Below are positions 9,149 through 18,911 of a stretch of DNA of 64,000 bases, piece after piece. The translations under genes were made by a program, and so were the position numbers. Under the pieces are notes generated by a model, which was not told the origin of the DNA, did no database searches, and worked only from the letters and a program-made list of their open reading frames with translations. The first letter of the stretch is position 1. Each line of letters begins with the position of its first letter. Source of the DNA: Candidatus Marinacidobacterium sp. (lineage in GTDB: Bacteria; Acidobacteriota; Vicinamibacteria; Marinacidobacterales; Marinacidobacteraceae); the NCBI GenBank assembly GCA_965250045.1, contig OZ252286.1, positions 2,150,269 through 2,214,268 on the forward strand. Direction: 5' to 3'.

Positions 9149-10524
9149 GCGGGGCGGCGCGCGGACTCCCGGGCCGCTTTGCGGTACCCATTTTCGAAGG
9201 CGCTGACGCCTATCGGGCCGACCCGCGGCGGACCAGTCTCGAAGGAACCGGTTCCGGCCAGATTGTCCGGGAGCGAACCGCGGCCATCCTGGAGCGGGTG
9301 CGACGGGAGGGGGACGACGCTCTCGTCGAGTTGGCGCGCCGGTTCGATTCCGCCGACTTCGAATCGCCGCGCCTTCGGGTATCCCCGGAGGAACTCGCTC
9401 GCCTCGCCGCGGACGCCGGGCCGGAGGAGCGGGGGCTGCTCCGGCGGACCCGGGACCGCATCGCGGCCTACCACGAGCGCCAGCGCGAAGAGTCGTTCCG
9501 GATGGATCTCGGGGAGGGATCGCGCCTCGAATGGCGATCCGCTCCGATCGCGTCCGCGGGGGTGTATGTGCCCGGCGGAGCTGCGGTGTACCCGTCCACC
9601 GTACTGATGAACACGGTTCCGGCGACCGTGGCCGGAGTACCGCGGATCGCGCTCGCGACGCCTCCGGGCGCCCTCGAACGTAGTCCGGTGCTGGCGGCGG
9701 CGGTCCTCGCGGCCGGCGTCCACGAGGTCTACCGGATCGGCGGGGCCCAGGCCATCGCGGCCTTTGCGTACGGAACCGCGACCGTCCGGCCGGTGGACAA
9801 GGTGGTGGGACCGGGGAACGCCTACGTCGCCGAGGCAAAACGTCAGCTCGGCCACCGCATCGGGACCGATGCGTTCGCCGGACCCTCCGAAGTCGTGGTG
9901 TTGGCCGACGAGACGGCCCGGCCGGACTGGGTTGCCGCGGATCTCCTGGCCCAGGCCGAACACGGTTCCGGAGAGGAACGCGCCATCCTCATCACCACCT
10001 CGCGCGAGCTTGCGCAGGCGACGGTCGCCGAGCTCGGCCGCCAAGCCGAGGGCCAACCGAATGCCGAAACCATCGCCCGCGCCCTCGCGCGCCACGGAGC
10101 GGTGGTTCATGTCGAAGGATTGGACGAAGCAGTGCGGATCGCGGAGGAAATCGCGCCCGAACACCTTGAGGTCATGACTCGCGACCCCGAGACCCTTGCC
10201 GACCGGTTCCCGAGCGCGGGGGCGGTCCTGCTGGGTGAGCACTCGCCCGTGGCAATCGGCGACTACGGAGCGGGTCCGAATCACGTCCTGCCGACCGGCG
10301 GCACCGCCCGCTTCGCCTCGCCGCTCTCGGTCGGCGATTTCCTGAAACGGCAAAGCGTCCTCCGCTTCCGGAAAGCGACCCTGGAGTCGTTCCGGGAGGA
10401 CTTCGAGCGCTTTGCCCGCATCGAGGGATTCGAGGCGCACGCCCGCTCCGTTGCGATCCGCTTCGAGGATGATCACCCGCAGGGAACGCCGGCCACCGGT
10501 AGCCCGGCGGCGTTCCGGTCTTAA
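9145..10524 (+). CDS. hisD: Histidinol dehydrogenase
   Basis: GVYVPGG, VGPGNAYV, AGPSE, AQAEH, APEHLE, GPNHVLPT. Confidence 0.97.
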   Translation: MSGAARGLPGRFAVPIFEGADAYRADPRRTSLEGTGSGQIVRERTAAILERVRREGDDALVELARRFDSADFESPRLRVSPEELARLAADAGPEERGLLRRTRDRIAAYHERQREESFRMDLGEGSRLEWRSAPIASAGVYVPGGAAVYPSTVLMNTVPATVAGVPRIALATPPGALERSPVLAAAVLAAGVHEVYRIGGAQAIAAFAYGTATVRPVDKVVGPGNAYVAEAKRQLGHRIGTDAFAGPSEVVVLADETARPDWVAADLLAQAEHGSGEERAILITTSRELAQATVAELGRQAEGQPNAETIARALARHGAVVHVEGLDEAVRIAEEIAPEHLEVMTRDPETLADRFPSAGAVLLGEHSPVAIGDYGAGPNHVLPTGGTARFASPLSVGDFLKRQSVLRFRKATLESFREDFERFARIEGFEAHARSVAIRFEDDHPQGTPATGSPAAFRS

Positions 10525-10722
10525 CAGCCTGTGGCGAAACTCACGCGGCGTTCGAGCGGCGATACATCCCGGCTGAACCGCCCCCCCACCGGGAGAACTG
10601 GCGCTATGCGGCGCTCTGCGTTGCGTTTCGGTCGAAATACACTCGGTATTCCTCCCTCACGCGCCTTGTCAGCCGGGCGCCTCCCCGCTCTCGGCGCTCA
10701 CCCGAGTTCCACCACAGGCTGT
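10524..10722 (+). mobile_element. MITE copy (181 bp core + one module = 199 bp)
   Basis: TA|ACAGCCTGTGG...CCACAGGCTGT|TA; the left TA is part of the hisD stop. Confidence 0.85.
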
Positions 10723-10755
10723 TAGAACAGATCGCGGTTTCGCTACATTGCCGGT

Positions 10756-11883
10756 ATGAAATCCGTTCCGCTGGATGCGATCCGTTCCGAGGTTTTCGAA
10801 CTCGCCCCCGATGTGGGGTCCCGTCCGGATGTCCCCATCCACCTGGACTGGAACGAGAGCCGGTGGCCGCTTCCCGAAGGGGTCCTTGCGGCGATGGCGG
10901 AGGCGGTCGCCGGAACGGACGCCCGGCCGTATCCGGACCGGGGCTATCCGGAAGTCCGGGAGGCGATTGCCCGTCTCGCCGATTGGGAGCCCGAGGGGGT
11001 CGCGTTCGGAAACGGCGGGGACGACATGCTCGCGCTGATGGCGCTCGCCACGACCGGCGCCGGGCGTCGCGCCCTGTATCCGTCCCCGGGTTTTTCCATG
11101 TACCCCTGGGCGGTCCGGCTCGCCGGCGGGGAGCCCTCTCCGGTGGCCCTGCTCGACGACCTCTCCTACGACGTTCACGAGTTCCTCCGGCGAATCGAAT
11201 CCGAGCAGCCCTCTCTCGTCTTCGTTACGAATCCGCACAACCCGACGGGGCAACTGCTCCCCTTGGAGGCTCTCCGCGAACTGGCCTCGGTGGCGCCGGG
11301 CTTTTTGTTGGTGGACGAGGCGTATCACGAGTTCAGCGGACAGACGGCCCGGCCGCTGCTTGACGAATTCGGCAACGTCATCCTGCTGCGGACCTTCTCG
11401 AAGGCGATGGCGATGGCGGGAGCCCGTCTCGGCTATCTGCTCGGCGCTCCTGATGCGATCTTCAATATCCGTCGAGCCCAGCCCCCGTTCCCGGTCGGGG
11501 TCTACACGTGCCGGGCGGCGTCCGCCGTCATGAGGCAACGGGACGCCCTCCTCGAAATGACCGTCAAGATCACGGCGGAACGGGAGTCGTTGGCCGACCG
11601 GCTCGCCGTACTGCCCGGAGTCTCGGTCTGGCCATCGCACACGAACTTTGTGCTCTTCAAGACCCCGATGGAAAGCACCGTGCTGGCTCGCCGGATCCTC
11701 GATCGGGGGGTCGCGCTGCGCGACTTCTCGCGCCACCCACTGCTCCAGGGAACGCTCCGCGTCACCGTGGGGACCCCGGAAGAGAACGTGGTCTTCCTGG
11801 AGGCACTCGCCGACTCGCTGTCCCGGGCCGTTCTTGACTCGGAAGTTCAGGTGGCCGGGGTGGCGGAGTCCCCGGTCGCGTGA
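10756..11883 (+). CDS. hisC: Histidinol-phosphate aminotransferase
   Basis: NPHNPTG, VDEAY, RTFSKAMAMAGARLGY. Confidence 0.95.
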   Translation: MKSVPLDAIRSEVFELAPDVGSRPDVPIHLDWNESRWPLPEGVLAAMAEAVAGTDARPYPDRGYPEVREAIARLADWEPEGVAFGNGGDDMLALMALATTGAGRRALYPSPGFSMYPWAVRLAGGEPSPVALLDDLSYDVHEFLRRIESEQPSLVFVTNPHNPTGQLLPLEALRELASVAPGFLLVDEAYHEFSGQTARPLLDEFGNVILLRTFSKAMAMAGARLGYLLGAPDAIFNIRRAQPPFPVGVYTCRAASAVMRQRDALLEMTVKITAERESLADRLAVLPGVSVWPSHTNFVLFKTPMESTVLARRILDRGVALRDFSRHPLLQGTLRVTVGTPEENVVFLEALADSLSRAVLDSEVQVAGVAESPVA

Positions 11884-12503
11884 GCGTTTCCGTCCCATCC
11901 AACCTCACGGCGCCGCGCCGGGCGGCGGTCCGGCGGCGCGAAACGCGCGAAACGCGCGTGCGGATCGAAGTCGACCTCGACCCGGCCGTGCCCTCGGTCG
12001 AAATCTCCACCGGTATCGGCTTCTTCGATCACATGCTGGAGGCGCTGGCCCGGCATTCGGGGATGGCGCTGACGGTGGAGGCCGAAGGCGACCTCCACGT
12101 GGACGCCCACCACACCATGGAGGACGTGGGGCTGACCCTCGGCGATTGCCTGGCCGAGGCGCTCGGCGACCTGAAGGGGGTGCGCAGGTTCGGGACGGCG
12201 CACGTTCCGCTCGACGAGGCACTTTCGCGCGTCGTGGTGGATCTGTGCGGGCGGCCGTTCCTGGCGTGGCGGGTTGCGTTCCCGGCCGAACGGGTGGGTG
12301 AGACACCGACGGAGTTGTTCGAGGACTTCTTCCGGGCCCTGACCGACCGGGGCCGGCTCACGGTGCACGTGGACGGGCTCATCGGCCGCAACAGCCACCA
12401 CATCGCCGAGACGGTCTTCAAGGCGTTCGCCCGGGCCTTCGCCGAGGCGAAGGAAGTCGTAGGGGACGCCGTTCCTTCGACCAAGGGCACCCTCTCCGAC
12501 TGA
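11880..12503 (+). CDS. hisB: Imidazoleglycerol-phosphate dehydratase
   Basis: TGIGFFDHML, DAHHTMED, NSHHIAE, PSTKG. Confidence 0.97.
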   Translation: MSVSVPSNLTAPRRAAVRRRETRETRVRIEVDLDPAVPSVEISTGIGFFDHMLEALARHSGMALTVEAEGDLHVDAHHTMEDVGLTLGDCLAEALGDLKGVRRFGTAHVPLDEALSRVVVDLCGRPFLAWRVAFPAERVGETPTELFEDFFRALTDRGRLTVHVDGLIGRNSHHIAETVFKAFARAFAEAKEVVGDAVPSTKGTLSD

Positions 12504-12509
12504 CCGCCC

Positions 12510-13175
12510 GTGAGTGGTGTGCGCGGGGGCTCCGTCCCCGAAGCCGTGGTCGTGGACCACGGGGCCGGCAACCTCGGTAGCGTGGTCCGGGCCCTCGGGC
12601 GCCAGGGGGCCGAAGTGCACCTCACGTCCGACCCCGAACGCATTGCGGCTGCGCAACGACTCGTTCTCCCGGGGGACGGGCACTTCGGTGAAGCGATGCG
12701 CGCCCTTCGTGAACGCGGCATCGAGGGGCCGCTCCGCCGGGCCGTCGAGGCCGGGGCCTGGCTGCTCGGCATTTGTGTCGGCCTCCAGATGCTCTTTCCC
12801 GAGAGCGATGAAGCGCCCGGCGTTGCCGGACTCGGCCTGTTGCCCGGACGGGTGCGCCGCTTCGGGGGTGGGATGCTCGTTCCCCACATCGGTTGGAACC
12901 AATTGGAGGGGATCGGGTCCGACCCCCTGTCGCGCGGGCTGCTGGGTGGGATTCCCGACGGTGGGTACGCCTACTTCCTCCACTCGTTCTATGCGGAAAC
13001 TTCCTCGCCGCACCATCTGCTCGCGGCTACCGAGTACGGGGTCCGGTTCGCCTCCGCGGCCGGGGAAGGCCGGGTGTTCGGAATCCAGTTCCATCCCGAA
13101 AAGAGCGGCCGGCTCGGCGCGGCGGTGCTTTCCAACTTTCTCGCGCTCGGCGCGTCTCGGGCCGGCCGGCCATGA
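12510..13175 (+). CDS. hisH: IGP synthase glutamine amidotransferase subunit
   Basis: LGICVGLQ, PHIGWN, QFHPEKS. Confidence 0.96.
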   Translation: MSGVRGGSVPEAVVVDHGAGNLGSVVRALGRQGAEVHLTSDPERIAAAQRLVLPGDGHFGEAMRALRERGIEGPLRRAVEAGAWLLGICVGLQMLFPESDEAPGVAGLGLLPGRVRRFGGGMLVPHIGWNQLEGIGSDPLSRGLLGGIPDGGYAYFLHSFYAETSSPHHLLAATEYGVRFASAAGEGRVFGIQFHPEKSGRLGAAVLSNFLALGASRAGRP

Positions 13176-13966
13176 CCGAAACCGGCATCGAGCCGATTCC
13201 GGCGGTCGATCTCTCCGGAGGGCGCGTCGTGCGCCTCTTGCGGGGGATCCGTGACCGCGAGACCGTGTACGGCGAGGATCCCCTCGAGGTAGCGGCGGAA
13301 TTTGCCGGCGCCGGCGCCCGTTGGCTCCACGTAGTGGATCTCGACGCCGCGTTTGGCGACGGGGGAAACCGCGAGGCCGTACGGCGCCTCCTCCGGGAGT
13401 GTCCCCTTCAGGTCCAGGTCGCCGGCGGCGTCCGAACGGCGCGGTCCTATGCGGAACTCCGCAGGGAGGGAGCCGCGCGGGTGGTGTTCGGGACGGTCGC
13501 CGTCGAAGCCCCGGAGGTCGTGGAAGAAGCCATCCGGGTGGACCGCGCCGGGGTCGCGGTGGCGCTCGACGTGCGCGCGGGCCGCCTGCAGACCCGTGGA
13601 TGGGTAGAGCCGAATCCGGGAGGCACGGGTGCCGCGGGGACCCAACCCGAGGCAGCGGCCCGCCGCTGGGGGGAGAGGGGCGCTGCCGCCCTGGTCTACA
13701 CGAGCGTCGAGCGGGACGGCACGATGGAAGGGCCGGATGCGGAGGCCGCGCTGCGGATGGCGGCCGCCTCCGGACTTCCGACCATTTTGGCCGGCGGGGT
13801 AGGGGCGCTGTCGCACCTTGAGGCGGTGCGCCTCGTCACCCGGAACACCGGGTTATCGCCGGGGAATGGTCCGGCCCGGGGCCGGCTGAGCGGGGTCATC
13901 CTCGGGCGTGCGCTCTACGAAAATCGGTTCACCCTTCCCGAAGCCCGATTGGCGCTCACCGGGTAG
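13172..13966 (+). CDS. hisA: ProFAR isomerase
   Basis: IPAVDLSGGRVVRL, LHVVDLDAA, RDGTMEGP; ATG 13172 overlaps the hisH stop. Confidence 0.94.
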   Translation: MTETGIEPIPAVDLSGGRVVRLLRGIRDRETVYGEDPLEVAAEFAGAGARWLHVVDLDAAFGDGGNREAVRRLLRECPLQVQVAGGVRTARSYAELRREGAARVVFGTVAVEAPEVVEEAIRVDRAGVAVALDVRAGRLQTRGWVEPNPGGTGAAGTQPEAAARRWGERGAAALVYTSVERDGTMEGPDAEAALRMAAASGLPTILAGGVGALSHLEAVRLVTRNTGLSPGNGPARGRLSGVILGRALYENRFTLPEARLALTG

Positions 13967-13979
13967 GGGCCGCTCTTGG

Positions 13980-14624
13980 TCAGCGGTCTGGTGAGGGGAA
14001 CCGGCGGGTAATTTCCGCCGCCACGTTCCGGTTCTCGATTCCGAGATCCTCGAGCAGCACGAGCAGGTGGTAGAGAAGGTCTACCGACTCGTTCACGACT
14101 TCCGCGGTGGACCCGGCCGCGGCCGCCAGCGCCACTTCGACGCCTTCCTCCCCCACCTTTTGGGCAATGCGCCGGGTACCGGCCTGCAGCAGGGCCGCGG
14201 TATAGGAGCCTTCCGGGCGGCTTGCCGCCCGCTCTTTCACGATTGCGCTGAGCGCGCTCAGCGCGGGCCCGAGCTCCAGGACGCGGGTGCCGTCCGAAGT
14301 ACTCCTCCCCTCGGTGAGGGGCTCAAAAAAGCATGAGGTCTGGCCGGTGTGACAGGTCGGGCCGACGGGGTCGGCATGAACCAGGAGGGCGTCGCCGTCG
14401 CAGTCAACGGTCAGCGAGCGGAGGTGGAGTTCGTTGCCCGAGGTCTCGCCCTTCTTCCACAGCGTCTTGCGGCTTCGCGACCAGAAGTGGACGCGGCCGC
14501 TCTCGATGGTGCGGGTGACGGCCTCGTCGTTCATCCAGCCGAGCATGAGGACCCGGCCGCCCACCGCATCCTGGATGACGGCGGGAACCAGACCGTCCTC
14601 GTTCCAGTGGATTTTCGGGGTCAT
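13980..14624 (-). CDS. hisIE: Bifunctional PR-AMP cyclohydrolase / PR-ATP pyrophosphatase
   Basis: [30 protein letters not shown]. Confidence 0.96.
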   Translation of the reverse strand: MTPKIHWNEDGLVPAVIQDAVGGRVLMLGWMNDEAVTRTIESGRVHFWSRSRKTLWKKGETSGNELHLRSLTVDCDGDALLVHADPVGPTCHTGQTSCFFEPLTEGRSTSDGTRVLELGPALSALSAIVKERAASRPEGSYTAALLQAGTRRIAQKVGEEGVEVALAAAAGSTAEVVNESVDLLYHLLVLLEDLGIENRNVAAEITRRFPSPDR

Positions 14625-15424
14625 TGGGCGGTAGCGAGGTCTGCAACGTTGAAGAGTTCGGCCTCCGGCGGGCGTACCGGAATACCGCGATCCGCGAGGA
14701 ATCGCTTTACCTCGGCGACTGTGTAGAGACCGCGGTGGAAGATGGACGCGGCGAGCGCGGCGCCGGCGCCGGTCTGCTCGAAGACTTCGGCGAGGTGCAA
14801 GGGACCGCCGGCGCCTCCGGAAGCAATCACCGGCACCGACACCGCCTCGGTGGCTTCGCGCAGCTGTTCCAGGTCATACCCGTCGCTGGTTCCGTCCCGG
14901 TCCATGCTGGTGAGCAGGATCTCCCCGGCGCCCAGATCCTCGCCCCGCCGTATCCACTCGATGGCGTCCCGTCCGGTAGGAATTCTCCCGCCCGCCACCA
15001 CGACCTCGAAACCGCCACCCGGCGCACGGCGGGAATCCACCGCCAGCACCAGGCACTGCGACCCGAACTGACGGCTGGCCTCGGCAAGGAGTTGCGGCCG
15101 CTCGACGGCCGCGCTGTTCATGGAAACCTTGTCGGCGCCGGCCCGGAGCAGGTTGTCCATGCCGGCAACCGAACGCACGCCGCCCCCGACCGTGAAGGGG
15201 ATCGTGAGCGCTTCCGCCACCCGCTTCACGGTAGCGAGCGCGGTTCCACGCGCCTCCCAGGTGGCGGTGATGTCGAGCAGACACAGCTCGTCGGCCTCGC
15301 CCGCGTCGTAAGCCACCGCGCATTCCACCGGATCTCCCTCGTCGGTCAGATCCTTGAAACGTACCCCCTTGACCACCCGGCCGTTCTTCACGTCGAGACA
15401 CGGAATGATCCGGCGGGCGAGCAC
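14621..15424 (-). CDS. hisF: IGP synthase cyclase subunit
   Basis: [27 protein letters not shown]. Confidence 0.97.
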   Translation of the reverse strand: MLARRIIPCLDVKNGRVVKGVRFKDLTDEGDPVECAVAYDAGEADELCLLDITATWEARGTALATVKRVAEALTIPFTVGGGVRSVAGMDNLLRAGADKVSMNSAAVERPQLLAEASRQFGSQCLVLAVDSRRAPGGGFEVVVAGGRIPTGRDAIEWIRRGEDLGAGEILLTSMDRDGTSDGYDLEQLREATEAVSVPVIASGGAGGPLHLAEVFEQTGAGAALAASIFHRGLYTVAEVKRFLADRGIPVRPPEAELFNVADLATAQ

Positions 15425-15489
15425 CGAGCGATTCTAGGCCGCTGGGACTTTGCGCTGGGCAGTGTTGATATGACGCCTAGAATTCCGGG

Positions 15490-16248
15490 ATGAGCGAGAC
15501 GCTGCCGCTTCACCCGGGTGCGGGAGCGCCGCGCGCGCCAGGGCCAGGACAGGAAATCCGCGCCCGTCGCGACCGGGTCCGGGGGCAGTTAGGGAGCGCG
15601 CGGTGGGGCGCGGGCTGCGAGGCGCTGGTGGTGGAGGCCGCCCGCGCGACGCTGCAACTGACCGGCGCCGCCCTCGCGGAAGAGGAGATTCGCGCCCTCC
15701 GTGAGGGAGGGGCTCCCACGCCCGCCTTCGGGCCTTCGCTCGGAGCCCTCGGCCTTCTTGGGCGCGCCGCTCGAGATCGGGACCCGAGCAAGGAGCTGAT
15801 TTCGGAGGTGCACGCGGTCGCCAGCGGGTTGACCGGAGTGAGCCCTTTTCGCGCCCATCAGATCGAGCCGCAGTTTCAGGGGGCGAGCCTCTCCGCGCCA
15901 CAGACCATTTCGCTGCGGCTCGGCGAACTCCTCGACTGGATTTCCGGCGCCAGCGGAAAGGATCTCGAGACCGCGCCGCGCGCGGCTCTCTTCTTTGCCC
16001 GGTTCCTGGAGATCTCGCCCTTTGAACGCGCGAACTTCCGGGTAGCGCACCTGATGCTCACCTTCTTTGCTCTCGCTGACGACCAGCCGCCGATCTGGTT
16101 CGAGGTGGAGGACGCACCGGGGATCCGGGAAGACGTCTCCGGGGCCTTCCGTTTCGATACGGCGCCCCTGACGGCGCGGATTGAGCGATCCCTGAACCGT
16201 TCTCTGGACCGAGTCGAAACCCCCGCTACAATCCGAAGCACCGGGTGA
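15490..16248 (+). CDS. Fic/Fido-fold protein with degenerate active-site motif
   Basis: RAALFFARFLEISPFERANFRVAHL aligns to the Fic motif HPFxDGNGRxxR. Confidence 0.7.
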   Translation: MSETLPLHPGAGAPRAPGPGQEIRARRDRVRGQLGSARWGAGCEALVVEAARATLQLTGAALAEEEIRALREGGAPTPAFGPSLGALGLLGRAARDRDPSKELISEVHAVASGLTGVSPFRAHQIEPQFQGASLSAPQTISLRLGELLDWISGASGKDLETAPRAALFFARFLEISPFERANFRVAHLMLTFFALADDQPPIWFEVEDAPGIREDVSGAFRFDTAPLTARIERSLNRSLDRVETPATIRSTG

Positions 16249-16288
16249 TGCGGGGCGCCTCTTGACCGGCGCCGGCCCGGTATCCGGA

Positions 16289-16564
16289 ATGATCCAATGG
16301 TTCGGGCCTCTCGGGTCTCTCGTTTCGTGGGCGATGCTCCAGCAACGGCAGACGGTCGAGTTCGTGACCCTCCCGCAGACGGAACCCCCCCGCGGGATCC
16401 TGACCCTGATCCTCGAGTCCTTCGCCCTCGCCGGGATGCTGCTCCTGGGAACCGTGCTCGTCGGCCTCGGCTTCGGAATCTTCCGCATCTGGCTCATCCG
16501 CCGCTACCCGGACAACCGTTTCAACGGCAGCGGACGGGATACCCCCCGGCTCGATCTCAGTTGA
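16289..16564 (+). CDS. Small membrane protein
   Basis: One long hydrophobic stretch (ILTLILESFALAGMLLLGTVLVGLGFGIFRIWL); start uncertain. Confidence 0.6.
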   Translation: MIQWFGPLGSLVSWAMLQQRQTVEFVTLPQTEPPRGILTLILESFALAGMLLLGTVLVGLGFGIFRIWLIRRYPDNRFNGSGRDTPRLDLS

Positions 16565-16977
16565 CCGCGGCGGCGGCAGAACCCCGGACCCGCGATCGCG
16601 TTCCGCTCGTCATCTACGACGGCGGCTGAGGCTTTTGCACGCGCGCCGCGGTCGCGGCGGCCCGATTCGCGGGCGACCGGCCGATTCGCTTTGCTGCCTC
16701 TCAGGAACTGACCGACGACCAATTGGCCCGGCTCGGCATCTCGCGAACCGCGTGTGAAGAGCGCGTCCGCTTCAGGGATCTGAAGGGCCGGTTCCACGGC
16801 GGGGCCTTCGCGGTGAACCGGTTCCTCCTCTATGCCGCACCCCCGGGCCTGAGGGGACTTCCCGCGCGTGTCCTGGCGGTGCTCGCCTACGCGTTTCCGC
16901 CACTTCTGCTCGCCGAACTGGCCGCCTACGAAATCGTTGCCCGGAACCGCGGCTGTCGCCTGCTCAATCCGTCCTAG
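16561..16977 (+). CDS. DCC/DUF393 thiol-disulfide oxidoreductase with in-frame TGA (candidate selenocysteine, UxxC)
   Basis: TTG 16561 overlaps the upstream TGA; LVIYDGG-[TGA 16627-16629]-GFC; the frame continues to ..YEIVARNRG.. and TAG 16977. Confidence 0.82.
16644..16659 (+). promoter_or_regulatory. Putative bacterial SECIS hairpin
   Basis: CGCCGC-GGTC-GCGGCG; 20 nt separate the TGA from the G-led apical loop. Confidence 0.65.
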
Positions 16978-17395
16978 CAGCCCGTGGACAAAGTGAACCG
17001 GCATTCGAGCGGCGATGCATCCCCGCCAAACAACCGGTGATGAAACCCACGCGGCCCAGTTCTCCCGGTGGGGGCTCGGCCGGCGATCCATCCCGGCTGA
17101 ACTGCGTCGCTTCGCGCCGCTCGTCGTTGCGTTTCGGTCGGAATACACCCGGGCCAGTTCTCCCGGTGGGGGCTCCTCCCTCACGCGCCTTGTCAGCCAG
17201 GCGCCTCGCCCCCACCGGGAGGACTGGCCGGCCTCGGCGCTCACGTGGGTTCCACCACCGGCTGTTCACCGCTCTGCTTCGCGTCGCTCATCGTTGCGCT
17301 TCGGTCGAAATACGCTAGGTATTTCTCCCTCGCGCGCCTTGTCAGCCGGGCGCCTCCCCGCTCTCGGTGCTCGCCCCACTTTGCCCAAGGGCTGC
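16977..17395 (+). mobile_element. Nested MITE (element within element, 3 modules)
   Basis: 419 bp = 2x181 + 18 + 18 + 19 + 2; outer and inner termini are both visible. Confidence 0.85.
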
Positions 17396-17438
17396 TCGAC
17401 GCTATCCTGCGCTACCGGCCCGTCCGAGGAGGTCTCTC

Positions 17439-18314
17439 GTGCTTCGACTCCGCTCTTTCACACTCGTTTCCCCGCTACTGCTCGTTCTTGGCTGCGGAGC
17501 TCCCCCAATGGAAGAGCCGATGGAACCGGCCGCGGTCGCCGTCGATGATCAGCCGGCCGGGGAATACGTTCGGTTCGCGAGCGACTCGGGCGCAGCGACC
17601 TGGGGCCGCGTCGAGGGCGACGAGATCGTGGCCCTCCACGCGGCGCCCTGGGCGGGCGGAGCCCCGACCGGGGAGCGGGTTGCCCGCTCCGGAGCGCGTC
17701 TCCTCGCCCCCGCCGATCCGGGCAAGGTGATCGCGATCGGGCTCAACTACGCCTCCCACCTGGGAGACCGGGAACCGGCTCCCTATCCGGGGGTGTTCGC
17801 CAAGCTGCCGACGAGCATCGTCGGGCCCGGTGACGCCATCGAGATGACCGAAGACGCCGGGAACGTCCACTACGAGGGCGAATTGGTCGTGGTGATCGGT
17901 AAGGAGGCCAGCGACGTTCCGCTGGACCAGGCGCAGGACTACATATTCGGGGTGACCGCCGGCAACGACGTGAGCGAACGTGACTGGCAGGGCGCCGATC
18001 TCCAGTGGTTCCGGGCGAAGGCCTCGGATACCTATGGTCCGATCGGGCCGGTGATTTCGCGTGGAGTCGACTACGACGACCTCGAACTCATCACCCGGCT
18101 GAACGGCGAAATCGTCCAGCAGCAGCGGACGAGCGACCTGATCTTCGACTCGAGCGACATCGTGAGCTACGTGAGCCGCTACGTGACGCTGATGCCCGGC
18201 GACGTGATCTTCACTGGAACCCCGGGCTCCACCCAGGCGATGAGCGAAGGCGACATGGTCTCCGTCGAGGTCGAAACGGTCGGCGTCCTCGAAAACCCGG
18301 TCGCCCGCCGCTAG
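17439..18314 (+). CDS. Fumarylacetoacetate hydrolase family protein with lipoprotein signal
   Basis: RBS GAGGAGG, GTG 17439; LLLVLGC; IGLNYASH, HYEGELVVVIG, NDVSERDWQ, GDVIFTGTP. Confidence 0.9.
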   Translation: MLRLRSFTLVSPLLLVLGCGAPPMEEPMEPAAVAVDDQPAGEYVRFASDSGAATWGRVEGDEIVALHAAPWAGGAPTGERVARSGARLLAPADPGKVIAIGLNYASHLGDREPAPYPGVFAKLPTSIVGPGDAIEMTEDAGNVHYEGELVVVIGKEASDVPLDQAQDYIFGVTAGNDVSERDWQGADLQWFRAKASDTYGPIGPVISRGVDYDDLELITRLNGEIVQQQRTSDLIFDSSDIVSYVSRYVTLMPGDVIFTGTPGSTQAMSEGDMVSVEVETVGVLENPVARR

Positions 18315-18375
18315 GAATTCGCCCGCGGGCGCCCGCGGGCGGTGGGGCCGGCCGGCGGCGTGACCGCAGGCGCCT

Positions 18376-18678
18376 TCAGATGGTGGCGGCGGCTTTCCGG
18401 ACCCGCCGTCCGAGGTGTTCCTCGATCGCGGAGCAGGGGACGAACATCGGCTTCTCGTCCACGTTGATCCGGAACGCGCACCCGCCGCCGGCGTTGTCGG
18501 CGACCTCGAAGGTTCCCGAAAAGTTTCCGAGCGGTGTCGAGAGCGAGAACTCGCCGAACCCCGCAGGACCGTCGCCCCCGCTGACCGTGCCACCGAAGCG
18601 GGCGAAATCGCTCCGGAGGCCTTCGACGAGTTTCCTGGCCTCGACGGGCAGGCTGAAATCGAACTGACAGGCAGACAT
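18376..18678 (-). CDS. Hypothetical protein
   Basis: 100-aa ORF with normal composition filling the gap between convergent neighbours. Confidence 0.6.
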   Translation of the reverse strand: MSACQFDFSLPVEARKLVEGLRSDFARFGGTVSGGDGPAGFGEFSLSTPLGNFSGTFEVADNAGGGCAFRINVDEKPMFVPCSAIEEHLGRRVRKAAATI

Positions 18679-18693
18679 GGCAGCCAAGCGTCA

Positions 18694-18911
18694 GCAGCCG
18701 GTAGACAAAGTCACGCGGCGTTCAACCGGCGATGCATCCCGGCTGAACCACTCCGCTTCGCGTCGCTCATCGTTGCGCTTCGGTCGAAATACACCAGGGC
18801 CAGTTCTCCCGGTGGGGACTCCTCCCTCGCGCGCCTTGTCAGCCGGGCGCCTCACCGGCCAGTTCTCCCGGTGGGGGCCTCGGCGCTCGCGTCACTTTAT
18901 CCACAGGCTGC
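18694..18911 (+). mobile_element. MITE copy (218 bp, two modules)
   Basis: GCAGCCGGTAGACAAAG...CTTTATCCACAGGCTGC|TA; overlaps the M20 gene stop. Confidence 0.85.
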
